Shown: positions 28,975 through 37,878 of the stretch, piece after piece
How the letters are laid out: the number at the start of each line of letters is the position of its first letter
Position numbering within the stretch: the stretch's first letter is position 1
Assembly: GCA_017848055.1 (NCBI GenBank)
Contig: JAGALZ010000021.1
Span: 12 to 64,011 of the forward strand
Source: Oscillospiraceae bacterium
GTDB lineage: Bacteria > Bacillota > Clostridia > Oscillospirales > Ruminococcaceae
Length of the DNA: 64,000 bases
Direction: 5' to 3'
Notes under the pieces: generated by a model
Seen by the model: only the letters and a program-made list of their open reading frames with translations
Databases searched by the model: none
What the model was told of the DNA's origin: nothing
Translations under genes and position numbers: made by a program

Positions 28975-29199
28975 ATGATGAAAACTCTGAAAGATGCGAA
29001 AATCGGTCAGACCGTAAAGGTGGTTAAGCTTCACGGCGACGGTGCACTCAGAAGACGAATTATGGATATGGGTATCACAAAGGGCGTGCAGATATATGTG
29101 CGTAAGGTTGCCCCGTTCGGTGACCCTATCGAAGTGTATGTTCGGGGCTATGAGCTTACGTTAAGAAAAGCCGATGCCGATATGGTTGAGGTTGAGTAA
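28975..29199 (+). CDS. feoA: Ferrous iron transport protein A
   Basis: 74-aa SH3-like FeoA pattern (GQTVKVVKLHGDGALRRRIMDMGITKG). RBS GGAGG upstream. Confidence 0.9.
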   Translation: MMKTLKDAKIGQTVKVVKLHGDGALRRRIMDMGITKGVQIYVRKVAPFGDPIEVYVRGYELTLRKADADMVEVE

Positions 29200-29239
29200 G
29201 CGACGCTGAGAATATATACTTATAGAAATGAGGACAATT

Positions 29240-31411
29240 ATGGAGATTAAAATCGCCCTTGCCGGAAATCCGAACTGCGGCAAGACAACAATGTTTAATG
29301 CACTCACAGGTTCGAACCAGTATGTAGGTAACTGGCCTGGTGTAACAGTTGAGAAAAAAGAAGGAAAGCTTAAAAAGCACGACGGCGTAATCATCACCGA
29401 CCTTCCGGGCATTTACTCACTTTCACCGTATACACTTGAAGAGGTTGTTGCAAGAAACTATCTCATCGGTGAAAAGCCCGATGCAATACTTAATATAGTT
29501 GATGGTACAAACCTTGAAAGAAACCTGTATCTTTCTACCCAGCTCATGGAGCTTGGTGTTCCTGTTGTAATTGCAATCAATATGATGGATATCGTCAGAA
29601 AAAACGGCGATAAGATTAAAATTGAAGAGCTTTCTAAAGCGCTCGGTTGCAAGGTTATAGAGATTTCTGCACTTAAGGGTGACGGAATAATTGAAGCTGC
29701 CGAGCTTGCAATTGAAGCCGCTAAGGAAGGAAAGTCAGCTCCCAGAAGATATTTTTCCGGAACTGTAGAACACTCGCTTGCGCATATTGAGGAAGCCTGC
29801 GTACATAATTTAACCGAAACTCTGCAGAGATGGTATTCGGTAAAGCTTTTTGAGCGTGATAAGCAGGTAAGGGAACAGCTCGATATAGAGCCTTCGGTTT
29901 TGAAGCATATCGAAGAGGATATCCGCAGAGTTGAAGCTGAGCTTGACGATGACTCTGAAAGTATCATTACAAACGAGCGTTATAATTTCATTGAAGAAAT
30001 TATGAAAAAGTGCGCAAAGAAAAAGAGCATCGGAAGTCTGTCAGTTTCAGATAAAATCGATAAAATCGTTACTAACAGAATTCTTGCAATCCCGATATTC
30101 ATACTTATTATGCTCGGAGTATATACTCTGTCAATCGGAACAATCGGCGACTGGACAGTTGGATTTATGAATGATACCCTCTTCGGTGAGTGGATTATTC
30201 CTAACGTAACAAACTGGCTTGAAAAAATAGGCTGTGCAAGCTGGCTTACAAGCCTCGTTGCCGACGGTATTATCGGTGGTGTAGGTGCAGTTCTGGGATT
30301 CGTTCCTCAGATGATGATTCTGTTCCTGCTCCTGTCGCTTCTTGAAGACTGCGGATATATGTCCAGAGTTGCATTCATTCTCGACAGACTTTTCAGAAAG
30401 TTCGGACTCTCAGGAAAGAGCTTTATCCCTATGCTTGTGGCAACAGGCTGTGGAGTACCTGGCGTTATGGCAAGCCGTACAATTGAGCAGGAAAGAGACA
30501 GACGTATGACAGTAATGACAACCTGCTTTATTCCGTGTGGTGCAAAGATGCCGATAGTAGGTCTTATTGCAGGTGCACTTTTCGGTGGTAGCGCCTGGGT
30601 TGCAACCTCTGCATACTTTATCGGTGTTGGTGCCGTAGTCGTTTCGGGTATAATCTTAAAGAAGACAAAGCCTTTCTCAGGCGAGCCGGCACCGTTTGTT
30701 ATGGAGCTTCCTGCTTACCATGCACCGCTTCCAAAGAATGTTTTCAGAGTAACCTGGGAAAGAGGCTGGGACTTCATCAAGAGAGCAGGTACAGTTATCC
30801 TCGCAGCAAGCGTTTTGATTTGGCTCTTCAACAGCTTCAGCTTTGAAAACGGCTTCCATTATATCGGAGATGGTGACTCAAAGTCGATACTCAATGTTAT
30901 CGGTGAAACTATCGCCGTATTCTTCAAGCCTCTCGGATTTGGAAACTGGCAGGCAGCCGTTGCTACTATCCTTGGTCTTCTGGCAAAGGAAGAAGTAGTA
31001 GGTGTATTTGGTTCACTTTCATCAATGGCGGACGCAGACCTCGCACTCGAGCTTGTTGAAGCTGGAAATTCCGAGGGACTCGCATTAATCGGTCAGGAAT
31101 TCTTCGCTGGCAGTAAACTCGCCGCCTTCTCGTTTATGATATTCAACCTTCTCTGCGCACCTTGCTTTGCCGCAATGGGTGCAATCAAGAGAGAAATGAA
31201 CAGCCCTAAGTGGACAGCTGCTGCGCTTGGATATATGACAGCGTTTGCCTATGTGGTATCTCTCAGCGTTTACCAGATTGGTACACTTATATCCGGCGGT
31301 AGCTTCACCGTTGCAACAGGCTTTGCGTTTGCTTCTGTAGCACTCGTGCTGTTTATGCTGGTAAGACCAAATAAGTATAACAAAAAATCAACCAATAAGG
31401 CAAATTCATAA
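29240..31411 (+). CDS. feoB: Ferrous iron transport protein B
   Basis: G-domain IALAGNPNCGKTT, DLPG, NMMD, followed by a polytopic membrane domain. ATG 29240 is 5 nt after GAGGA (ORF open from 29228). Confidence 0.92.
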   Translation: MEIKIALAGNPNCGKTTMFNALTGSNQYVGNWPGVTVEKKEGKLKKHDGVIITDLPGIYSLSPYTLEEVVARNYLIGEKPDAILNIVDGTNLERNLYLSTQLMELGVPVVIAINMMDIVRKNGDKIKIEELSKALGCKVIEISALKGDGIIEAAELAIEAAKEGKSAPRRYFSGTVEHSLAHIEEACVHNLTETLQRWYSVKLFERDKQVREQLDIEPSVLKHIEEDIRRVEAELDDDSESIITNERYNFIEEIMKKCAKKKSIGSLSVSDKIDKIVTNRILAIPIFILIMLGVYTLSIGTIGDWTVGFMNDTLFGEWIIPNVTNWLEKIGCASWLTSLVADGIIGGVGAVLGFVPQMMILFLLLSLLEDCGYMSRVAFILDRLFRKFGLSGKSFIPMLVATGCGVPGVMASRTIEQERDRRMTVMTTCFIPCGAKMPIVGLIAGALFGGSAWVATSAYFIGVGAVVVSGIILKKTKPFSGEPAPFVMELPAYHAPLPKNVFRVTWERGWDFIKRAGTVILAASVLIWLFNSFSFENGFHYIGDGDSKSILNVIGETIAVFFKPLGFGNWQAAVATILGLLAKEEVVGVFGSLSSMADADLALELVEAGNSEGLALIGQEFFAGSKLAAFSFMIFNLLCAPCFAAMGAIKREMNSPKWTAAALGYMTAFAYVVSLSVYQIGTLISGGSFTVATGFAFASVALVLFMLVRPNKYNKKSTNKANS

Positions 31412-31423
31412 GGGGGAATTTAA

Positions 31424-31585
31424 ATGCTTCCTACAATTATAATCGCATCAATCATTGCAATAATTTTCATCGCAATAGTAGTCAAAGGCATCATCAATAT
31501 CAAGAAGGGTAAGGGAATCTGTTCCTGCGGCTGTTCTTGCGGTGAGTGCTCAATGAGCGAGTATTGCCACGGAAATAAAAAGTAG
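31424..31585 (+). CDS. FeoB-associated Cys-rich small membrane protein (53 aa, not in ORF track)
   Basis: Translation by eye: MLPTIIIASIIAIIFIAIVVKGIINIKKGKGICSCGCSCGECSMSEYCHGNKK. RBS GGGGGA upstream. One TM plus a CSCGCSCGEC tail, as in the small proteins that follow clostridial feoB genes. Confidence 0.75.
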   Translation: MLPTIIIASIIAIIFIAIVVKGIINIKKGKGICSCGCSCGECSMSEYCHGNKK

Positions 31586-31593
31586 TAATATAA

Positions 31594-31622
31594 TGAGGAC
31601 GTAAGATTCTATCTGCGTCCTC
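31594..31622 (+). terminator. Hairpin after the feo operon (weak terminator)
   Basis: GAGGACG-loop-CGTCCTC followed by AGTTTT. Confidence 0.5.
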
Positions 31623-31635
31623 AGTTTTAAAGAAT

Positions 31636-31655
31636 GAGTTAGCTTATGCTAACTC
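31636..31655. promoter_or_regulatory. Operator palindrome 3 (GAGTTAGC-TTAT-GCTAACTC)
   Basis: Perfect 8-4-8 inverted repeat with the same half-sites as at the feo promoter, 17 nt before the DUF2325 gene start. Confidence 0.6.
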
Positions 31656-31672
31656 GCTGGGAGGGACAATTA

Positions 31673-31951
31673 ATGAGTGTTGTAATAATCGGCGGAAACG
31701 AGTGTATGCAAAGGGAGTATAAAAACCTTTGCAAAGCGTATAATTGTAATGTGAAAATATATCCTAAAATGTCCAGCTGTGTGAATAACATCGGAAAGCC
31801 TGACCTTTTGGTTGTCTTTACATCTACAGCATCCCATAAGCTTGTAAAAAAGGCGATTGGGATTACATCATCGGATTCTACAATTATTGAAAGGTCGCAT
31901 TCTAGTTCTTTGTCAGCGCTAAGATGCATTTTGGACAAGCATACTTCTTAA
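31673..31951 (+). CDS. DUF2325-like small protein
   Basis: 92 aa from ATG 31673 (RBS GGGAGGG). VVIIGG...DLLVVFTSTASHKLVKKA...SSSLSAL matches my recollection of the DUF2325 pattern. The ORF-track start at 31646 lies inside the operator palindrome. Confidence 0.65.
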   Translation: MSVVIIGGNECMQREYKNLCKAYNCNVKIYPKMSSCVNNIGKPDLLVVFTSTASHKLVKKAIGITSSDSTIIERSHSSSLSALRCILDKHTS

Positions 31952-31963
31952 GGAGGAATATTT

Positions 31964-32515
31964 ATGCCCGAAGAAATGATTCTCAGACATTGTTCTCCGA
32001 CACTGGCAGGTATTAAGACAGCCAATATGTTTTCATATAAGTTTTCGGATAAAAGAGAGATGATAGACACTTTAAGAAAACTCAATAAAATATTTGCTTC
32101 GAAGGGTATAAGGGTAGTTCCGTTGAGAACAGTTGATGGTGTTACATTGCTTTATTTTTTTAGACCGCAAAAACTAATGGAAGATTTGAATAATGAAACA
32201 GCACGTGAAGCATTATTCACCAGAGGATACAAGACAGATAATATGCCGGGATGTCTTGTAAGGCTTATAGAAAAGCTGAAAAGTCAGAATGATTTTCCTC
32301 ACGAAATCGGATTTTTCCTCGGTTATCCTCCTTTTGATGTTGCATGCTTTATTGAAGGCAAGAAGGACTATATACCATGTAAATGCTGCTGGAGAGTATA
32401 TGATAATGAGGATTTGGCTGTCAGAACATATAATGCGTATTTAAAATGTACAAGCAGCCTGATGGAAAAGCATTTAAACGGACTCTCACTTGAAAACCTC
32501 GCCTGTGCTGTGTAG
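31964..32515 (+). CDS. DUF3793-like protein
   Basis: 183 aa. N-terminal LRHCSPTLAGIKTANMFSY and FPHEIGFFLGYPPFDV resemble DUF3793 (from memory). RBS AAGGAGG. Confidence 0.6.
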   Translation: MPEEMILRHCSPTLAGIKTANMFSYKFSDKREMIDTLRKLNKIFASKGIRVVPLRTVDGVTLLYFFRPQKLMEDLNNETAREALFTRGYKTDNMPGCLVRLIEKLKSQNDFPHEIGFFLGYPPFDVACFIEGKKDYIPCKCCWRVYDNEDLAVRTYNAYLKCTSSLMEKHLNGLSLENLACAV

Positions 32516-32551
32516 AACAAAGCCTATGGATTTTACGTCCATAGGCTTTGT

Positions 32552-33442
32552 TTATATTTTGAGTGTTATAGAGATTATATTGTTGTTTATTGAAGCTGTA
32601 ATTTCCGCATTCATTCTGTCGCAAAGTGCTTTGCAGATATAAAGTCCTAAACCGCTGCCTTCCTTGCTTCTTGATGCACCTCTGTAAAACGGCAGAAAGA
32701 TTTTATCTGCATCTATCTGGTTATCATTCTCAAGGTCATTTGAGATTGTGATAACAGCTCTTTCCTCTGCTCTTTTAAGAGAAACCGATATACTGCTTTT
32801 AACGTACTTTTTGCAGTTGGAAAAAAGATTGTCGATTATTCTTTTGAGTGAATGAGTATCGGATACAACGCATATACCGTTTTCAATATCAATATTTGCT
32901 TTGATGGATGCATTCTCAATCCAGCTGTACTGCTGTAAAGTCAGCTCAGTGAGAAGATTGCTAAGGTCAAGCTCTTTGAGTGTCAATTCGTCATCATTCT
33001 TTTTTGATATCTCAAAGAAATCATCTGCAAGCTCTTTAAGGTAAATATTCTTGTCTGTGATGATATCTAGGAATTCGCTCTGCTCCTTTGTGAACTGCCC
33101 GTTTTTCTTTAAAAGCTGAAGATATCCAAGCGAAGCGGTCAGGGGAGTCCTGAAGTCATGGGAAATACCTGATATAATGTTTGAAAGCTCTTTCTTGTCA
33201 TTGTAATAAGAAATCGTAAGCTCTTTTTCGTGCTTTATGTGTTCGTTCAGAGAATTGACAAGCTCAGTCATATCCTTTGTAAAATAGTTCGTCTTGATAG
33301 GCTGAGAATATTCGTCATGAGTAAGCTTGTGGACTTCTTGCGAGATACTCTTTATCTGCTTCTTATAGCCGATATGACGTGTTAAAACAACAATAAAAGC
33401 AACAAGAAGGCACAGACATAGTATAGCTAAAGCTATCTCCAT
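32552..33442 (-). CDS. Sensor histidine kinase with single N-terminal TM and no extracytoplasmic domain
   Basis: H-box ISHDFRTPLT, N-box LFSNCKKY, G-box GSGLGLYICK. Only ~45 aa lie between the TM and the dimerisation domain. Confidence 0.85.
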   Translation of the reverse strand: MEIALAILCLCLLVAFIVVLTRHIGYKKQIKSISQEVHKLTHDEYSQPIKTNYFTKDMTELVNSLNEHIKHEKELTISYYNDKKELSNIISGISHDFRTPLTASLGYLQLLKKNGQFTKEQSEFLDIITDKNIYLKELADDFFEISKKNDDELTLKELDLSNLLTELTLQQYSWIENASIKANIDIENGICVVSDTHSLKRIIDNLFSNCKKYVKSSISVSLKRAEERAVITISNDLENDNQIDADKIFLPFYRGASRSKEGSGLGLYICKALCDRMNAEITASINNNIISITLKI

Positions 33443-33465
33443 ATTTGCACCTCCTTATATTTTGT

Positions 33466-34236
33466 TTAGTTGAACTTCTTTTTCTTGTAAGAACGGTATG
33501 CCATACAGTAACCGAATACAATTTCCAAAACTGCTGAAGTGATTACCATAACGATAAACCTTGTGTCATTGCAGTTTGTGGTGAGATTTTCAATCTGGAA
33601 TGATATTGTGACATCTTTAAGAAAATCAGCTATTTTAAGTATATCGCTATTCTTTTGTGTTTCGCCGATTATCTGGAACGGAAGAATTGCAAGCATTTCA
33701 ACAAACATTCTTGCATAGCTGAAAATAGCGCAGGTCACGAGCTTTTTTAGAACCATTGCAATGTTTATCGCACCGATAACAATTCTCAAAATGATAGCTG
33801 CAAATAGAACGAAGAACCATATCGGCTTGTCAATTAACTCACCGCTTCCGTTCTTAACACATGTGTATCCGAACAGTGAAATCATCGGAATAAGGAACAG
33901 ACATAAAACTATTGGCAGGTATACAATGTGCTTGCTTAAAATGATATGCGAGGTCTTGTTGCCGTCCATGATTTCATAATAAGCTACTTTTGAATGATGG
34001 CCCATGCTGGCAACAACACAAAGCATAGTAGAAATGAATACCGGATACATAAACGAGCCTACACCAAAAAGCACTGAAAAAGCGTTTGTAGACAGGTCGT
34101 TTTCAAAGAACTTTCTGTTTCCAAGCAGGGCAACTGCAACACAAAGAACGCAGACTAATACTGTATAAAATAAGAATGAACCTGACTTTCTGAGTCTGTA
34201 CCATTCGGCTTTAACGAGCTTATTCATTGACATCAC
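33466..34236 (-). CDS. ABC-2 type transporter permease
   Basis: 256 aa and six hydrophobic segments. Overlaps the ATPase gene by 17 nt. Confidence 0.7.
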   Translation of the reverse strand: MMSMNKLVKAEWYRLRKSGSFLFYTVLVCVLCVAVALLGNRKFFENDLSTNAFSVLFGVGSFMYPVFISTMLCVVASMGHHSKVAYYEIMDGNKTSHIILSKHIVYLPIVLCLFLIPMISLFGYTCVKNGSGELIDKPIWFFVLFAAIILRIVIGAINIAMVLKKLVTCAIFSYARMFVEMLAILPFQIIGETQKNSDILKIADFLKDVTISFQIENLTTNCNDTRFIVMVITSAVLEIVFGYCMAYRSYKKKKFN

Positions 34237-35131
34237 CTACTTTCGAAAGATAGTATTCCTCGAGAGATTCACCCTCAATAACAAATTTGGTGATGTTAAG
34301 CCCGTTTTCAAAAATAGTTCTTGATACAGTCTCAGGCTTGTCGAGCATTTCATAAAGATGTATCTCGTCGTTATGTATAACCTTGTATTCGCTGATGCCA
34401 AGCTTGTCTTCAAGAATAGCGGCAGTCTTATTGATATCATCAGTTTTAATGCTGATACGGCTCTTGCACTTTATCATAAGCTCCTCAGCACTGAATGATT
34501 CGATGAGCTTTCCGTGATTTATAATCGTAAAGTCTGTGCAAAGCTCAGATAATTCAGAGAGCAGGTGACTTGAAATAAGAATAGTAACATTCTGTTCCTC
34601 TGCAAGCTTCTTGAGAAGATTTCTTACTTCAACAATTCCCTCAGGGTCAAGTCCGTTAACTGGCTCGTCGAGAACCATAAATTCAGTGCTTGTAATAAGT
34701 GACATACCTATTCCGAGTCGCTGCTTCATACCGAGAGAAAAGTTCTTTGCGATTTTCTTTCCTGTATCTGCAAGCCCAACGAGTTTGAGAATCTCATCAG
34801 TTTTGCTCTTGTCAGCAATTCCACGGACAATCCTTACATATTCCATGTTTTCTCTTGCTGTCATAAGCGGGTCTATAACAGGCGACTCAATCATAAAGCT
34901 CATACGCTTTCTTTCTTCGTCAAGGTTATCCTTATTGCCGAAGAACTCAAGCTCGCCGCTAGTCTGAAGTGTAAGACCTGCCATAATCTTCATTATTGTA
35001 GTTTTACCCGCACCGTTAGGGCCGATAAGTCCGCAGATGTGTCCTCGCTTTGCTGTAAGTGAGAAGCTGTCTACTACGGTAGCTTTTTTATACTTTTTTG
35101 TGATACCGTTAAGTCTCAGTATTGTATCCAC
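34220..35131 (-). CDS. ABC transporter ATP-binding protein
   Basis: Walker A GPNGAGKTT, signature LSLGMKQRL, Walker B FMVLDEP. GTG 35131 lies 9 nt after AAGGAG (ORF open from 35179). Confidence 0.88.
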   Translation of the reverse strand: MDTILRLNGITKKYKKATVVDSFSLTAKRGHICGLIGPNGAGKTTIMKIMAGLTLQTSGELEFFGNKDNLDEERKRMSFMIESPVIDPLMTARENMEYVRIVRGIADKSKTDEILKLVGLADTGKKIAKNFSLGMKQRLGIGMSLITSTEFMVLDEPVNGLDPEGIVEVRNLLKKLAEEQNVTILISSHLLSELSELCTDFTIINHGKLIESFSAEELMIKCKSRISIKTDDINKTAAILEDKLGISEYKVIHNDEIHLYEMLDKPETVSRTIFENGLNITKFVIEGESLEEYYLSKVGDVNE

Positions 35132-35212
35132 CCAAATCAACTCCTTTTGTTTTGTTATCCTTATTGTACAACTGCTCAATTAAGATAACGTAAAGTAAAG
35201 GTTTAGAAAAGG

Positions 35213-35896
35213 TTAAGATTTTAGTTTATATCCCATGCCCCAGATAGTTTCGATGTACTCGTCATCAGGGGAGTATTTTTTAATTTTAGAACGAAGATTG
35301 CTCATATGTACCTTGACAGCATTATCATCACCAAGATATGTCTCGCCCCATACACTTTCGAAGATGTTAGCCTTGGAAAAAAGCTTTGTCGGGTTTTCCA
35401 GCATAAGCTCAAGTATAGTGTACTCCTTACTTGTAAGAGTAATTATATTCCCGCAAACAGTAACGCTCTTGTTCTGCTTATCGATAACGATGTCCTTAAA
35501 TTCAATCGTGCTATTTTCGATTGTCTGAGAAGGGGAGCATCTTCTTAGCACCGCCTCGATTCTTACAAGAAGCTCATCTAAATCAAACGGCTTTGTTATG
35601 TAGTCGTCAGCGCCGATTCTTATAAGGTCAATTTTTGTTCTTACGGTGTCCTTAGCTGAAAGTATGATAACGGGAACCTGCGAAAATTCCCTTACCTTTG
35701 AAAGTACGCTGTCGCCGCTCTGATACGGAAGCATAAGGTCTAAAAGCACAAGTGAAAGGGAGCTGTCATCTCTTATTACTCTTACTGCATCAAGACCGTT
35801 TTCTACAGATACAGTTTCGTATCCGCAGTCTGAAAGATATCTGCACAAGAGTTTGTTTATTTCCTTGTCATCCTCGACGATAAGAATTTTTGTCAT
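35213..35896 (-). CDS. OmpR-family response regulator
   Basis: Receiver domain (ILIVEDD...LVLLDLMLP) and winged-helix output (LTSKEYTILELM...IWGMGYKL). Confidence 0.9.
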   Translation of the reverse strand: MTKILIVEDDKEINKLLCRYLSDCGYETVSVENGLDAVRVIRDDSSLSLVLLDLMLPYQSGDSVLSKVREFSQVPVIILSAKDTVRTKIDLIRIGADDYITKPFDLDELLVRIEAVLRRCSPSQTIENSTIEFKDIVIDKQNKSVTVCGNIITLTSKEYTILELMLENPTKLFSKANIFESVWGETYLGDDNAVKVHMSNLRSKIKKYSPDDEYIETIWGMGYKLKS

Positions 35897-36045
35897 TATT
35901 TCACCCCTCTGCTATAGTTAGATTATACCACTGTGCAGTCTTCTTGTCAATTTTAGAAGAAAAATGTAAAAATATTTTAAAGCGGTTGAACTCGGAGATT
36001 AAGCGTGTTATAATGATAAAAAACATATCGGAGGTTGTACATATT

Positions 36046-37521
36046 ATGAAAACAGCATACCTTAAATTTGATAGTACAAAAAAGCTCAGCAAGATAAATA
36101 AAGAAATCTACGGACATTTTTCCGAGCATCTCGGAAGATGTATCTATAACGGAATCTATGTCGGTAAGGATTCCGAAATTCCAAACACCAACGGCATCAG
36201 AAACGATGTAGTCGAGGCTCTTAAGGAAATCAAAACTCCCGTGCTTCGCTGGCCCGGCGGATGCTTTGCCGATGAATACCACTGGCTCGACGGAGTCGGT
36301 AAGGAAAGAAAGTCTATCCTCAATACTAACTGGGGAGGAGTAGTAGAGGACAATTCATTCGGAACAGACGAGTTTTTCAACCTCTGTGAAATGCTTGACT
36401 GTAAGCCGTATCTTGCAGGAAATCTGGGAAGCGGAACTGTCAGAGAGCTTGCAAGCTGGCTCGAGTACATTACCCATTGGGGAGATTCTCCTATGGGACT
36501 TATGAGAAAAGAAAACGGCAGAGAAAAGCCATGGAGAATAGATTATCTCGGTATCGGAAACGAAAACTGGGGCTGTGGCGGAAATATGCGTCCTGAGTAT
36601 TATGCTGATGAGTACCGCAAGTTTGCGCAGTTTGCGAAGAATTATAACAACCAGGATATGGTTAAGGTAGCCTGCGGCCCTAATGCAGATGACTACTACT
36701 GGACTGAAACAATTATGAAGAATTTAAACACCTGGCATACAGGTGCAATCAGCCTTCATTACTATACCGTACCTACAGGCGACTGGTCGCATAAGGGTGC
36801 CGCACTCTCGTTTGACGACAAGGAGTACTACCAGACAATTTCTTCAACTCTCTTTATGGACGAGATTATCACAAAGCACAGCGCAATTATGGATAAGTAC
36901 GACAAAGACAAGAAAATCGGACTTATCGTCGACGAGTGGGGCTGTTGGTACGATGTTGAAGAGGGAACTAATCCAGGCTTTCTGTATCAGCAGAATACCA
37001 TGCGTGACGCTATCGTAGCAGGAATCAACCTCAATATTTTCAATTCCCACTCTGACAGAGTGATTATGGCGAACTTAGCCCAGGTAATGAATGTTCTCCA
37101 GTCAGTGCTTCTCAGCGACGGCGAAAGCCTTGTCAAAACACCGACATGGTACGTTTTCAAGATGTTCCTTCGTCACCACGAGGCAAATCTCATCCGTTCA
37201 AGCCTTGCCGCACCTGAGCTTGATAAGTTTGACAAAACCGTTCCGATGCTCTCTTACTCTGTATCAGAGAAAGATTCAAAGGTGTTCCTCACAGTTACAA
37301 ACTGCTCGCTTGACGAGGACTGTGAGCTTCTCATTGACTCTGAAACATTTGGCATCAGCAGTGCTTCATCTGAAATTATCTGTACTGATATCCATGCATT
37401 CAATGACTTTGACGGAAGTGAACCGGTTACAATCAAGGAAAACAGCTCTTATGAAATTATAAACGGAAAGCTCAAGGCTGTTATCCCTGCACACAGCGTC
37501 GTTTCTTTTGAAATTGCATAA
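36046..37521 (+). CDS. Alpha-L-arabinofuranosidase, GH51
   Basis: RWPGGCFADEYHW, IGNENWGCGG (acid/base Glu), VDEWGCW (nucleophile Glu). No signal peptide. ATG 36046 follows GGAGG (ORF open from 35890). Confidence 0.85.
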   Translation: MKTAYLKFDSTKKLSKINKEIYGHFSEHLGRCIYNGIYVGKDSEIPNTNGIRNDVVEALKEIKTPVLRWPGGCFADEYHWLDGVGKERKSILNTNWGGVVEDNSFGTDEFFNLCEMLDCKPYLAGNLGSGTVRELASWLEYITHWGDSPMGLMRKENGREKPWRIDYLGIGNENWGCGGNMRPEYYADEYRKFAQFAKNYNNQDMVKVACGPNADDYYWTETIMKNLNTWHTGAISLHYYTVPTGDWSHKGAALSFDDKEYYQTISSTLFMDEIITKHSAIMDKYDKDKKIGLIVDEWGCWYDVEEGTNPGFLYQQNTMRDAIVAGINLNIFNSHSDRVIMANLAQVMNVLQSVLLSDGESLVKTPTWYVFKMFLRHHEANLIRSSLAAPELDKFDKTVPMLSYSVSEKDSKVFLTVTNCSLDEDCELLIDSETFGISSASSEIICTDIHAFNDFDGSEPVTIKENSSYEIINGKLKAVIPAHSVVSFEIA

Positions 37522-37781
37522 TGGAGAAAAAGCCTTTTTGCAGGAAATGCCTGCTCGATGAAATAGATGAGAATGATTATGTAAGGTCTGTAAGAAAGTA
37601 TATTGCTGAATATCCAACCGAAAAGCGTGTAAGCGATGAGGAGTATAAAAGAAGGCTTGGCATTTGCCTTGAGTGCGACTACCTCGACAGGGGAACCTGC
37701 GAGGTGTGCGGATGTTATGTGGAATTCAGAGCGCTAAGAAAGGAAATGAAGTGTCCTAAAGGTAACCGCTGGGCAGTCTGA
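37521..37781 (+). CDS. Small Cys-rich (zinc-ribbon-like) protein of unknown function
   Basis: 86 aa with CxxC (FCRKC), CxxC (CLEC), CxxCxC (CEVCGC) and a final KCP. The start overlaps the GH51 stop (TAATG). Confidence 0.6.
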   Translation: MEKKPFCRKCLLDEIDENDYVRSVRKYIAEYPTEKRVSDEEYKRRLGICLECDYLDRGTCEVCGCYVEFRALRKEMKCPKGNRWAV

Positions 37782-37878
37782 CTTTTATTAAACCTTTTGC
37801 ATATTTCACAAAATAAGTATTGAAGTTTGGATTTACTTGTGGTAAAATAACAATAGAATATTTTTAGGAGGCTATATT

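Noticed and set aside
31646-31672. ORF-track start at 31646 for the DUF2325-like gene.
   Set aside because: That start lies inside the operator palindrome and has no RBS. The ATG at 31673 is preceded by GGGAGGG at proper spacing and matches the usual MSVVIIGG-type N-terminus.
35890-36045. N-terminal 52-aa extension of the GH51 ORF, overlapping the response-regulator gene start.
   Set aside because: The extension has no RBS and reads through the divergent promoter region. ATG 36046 follows GGAGG and gives the normal ~490-aa GH51 length.
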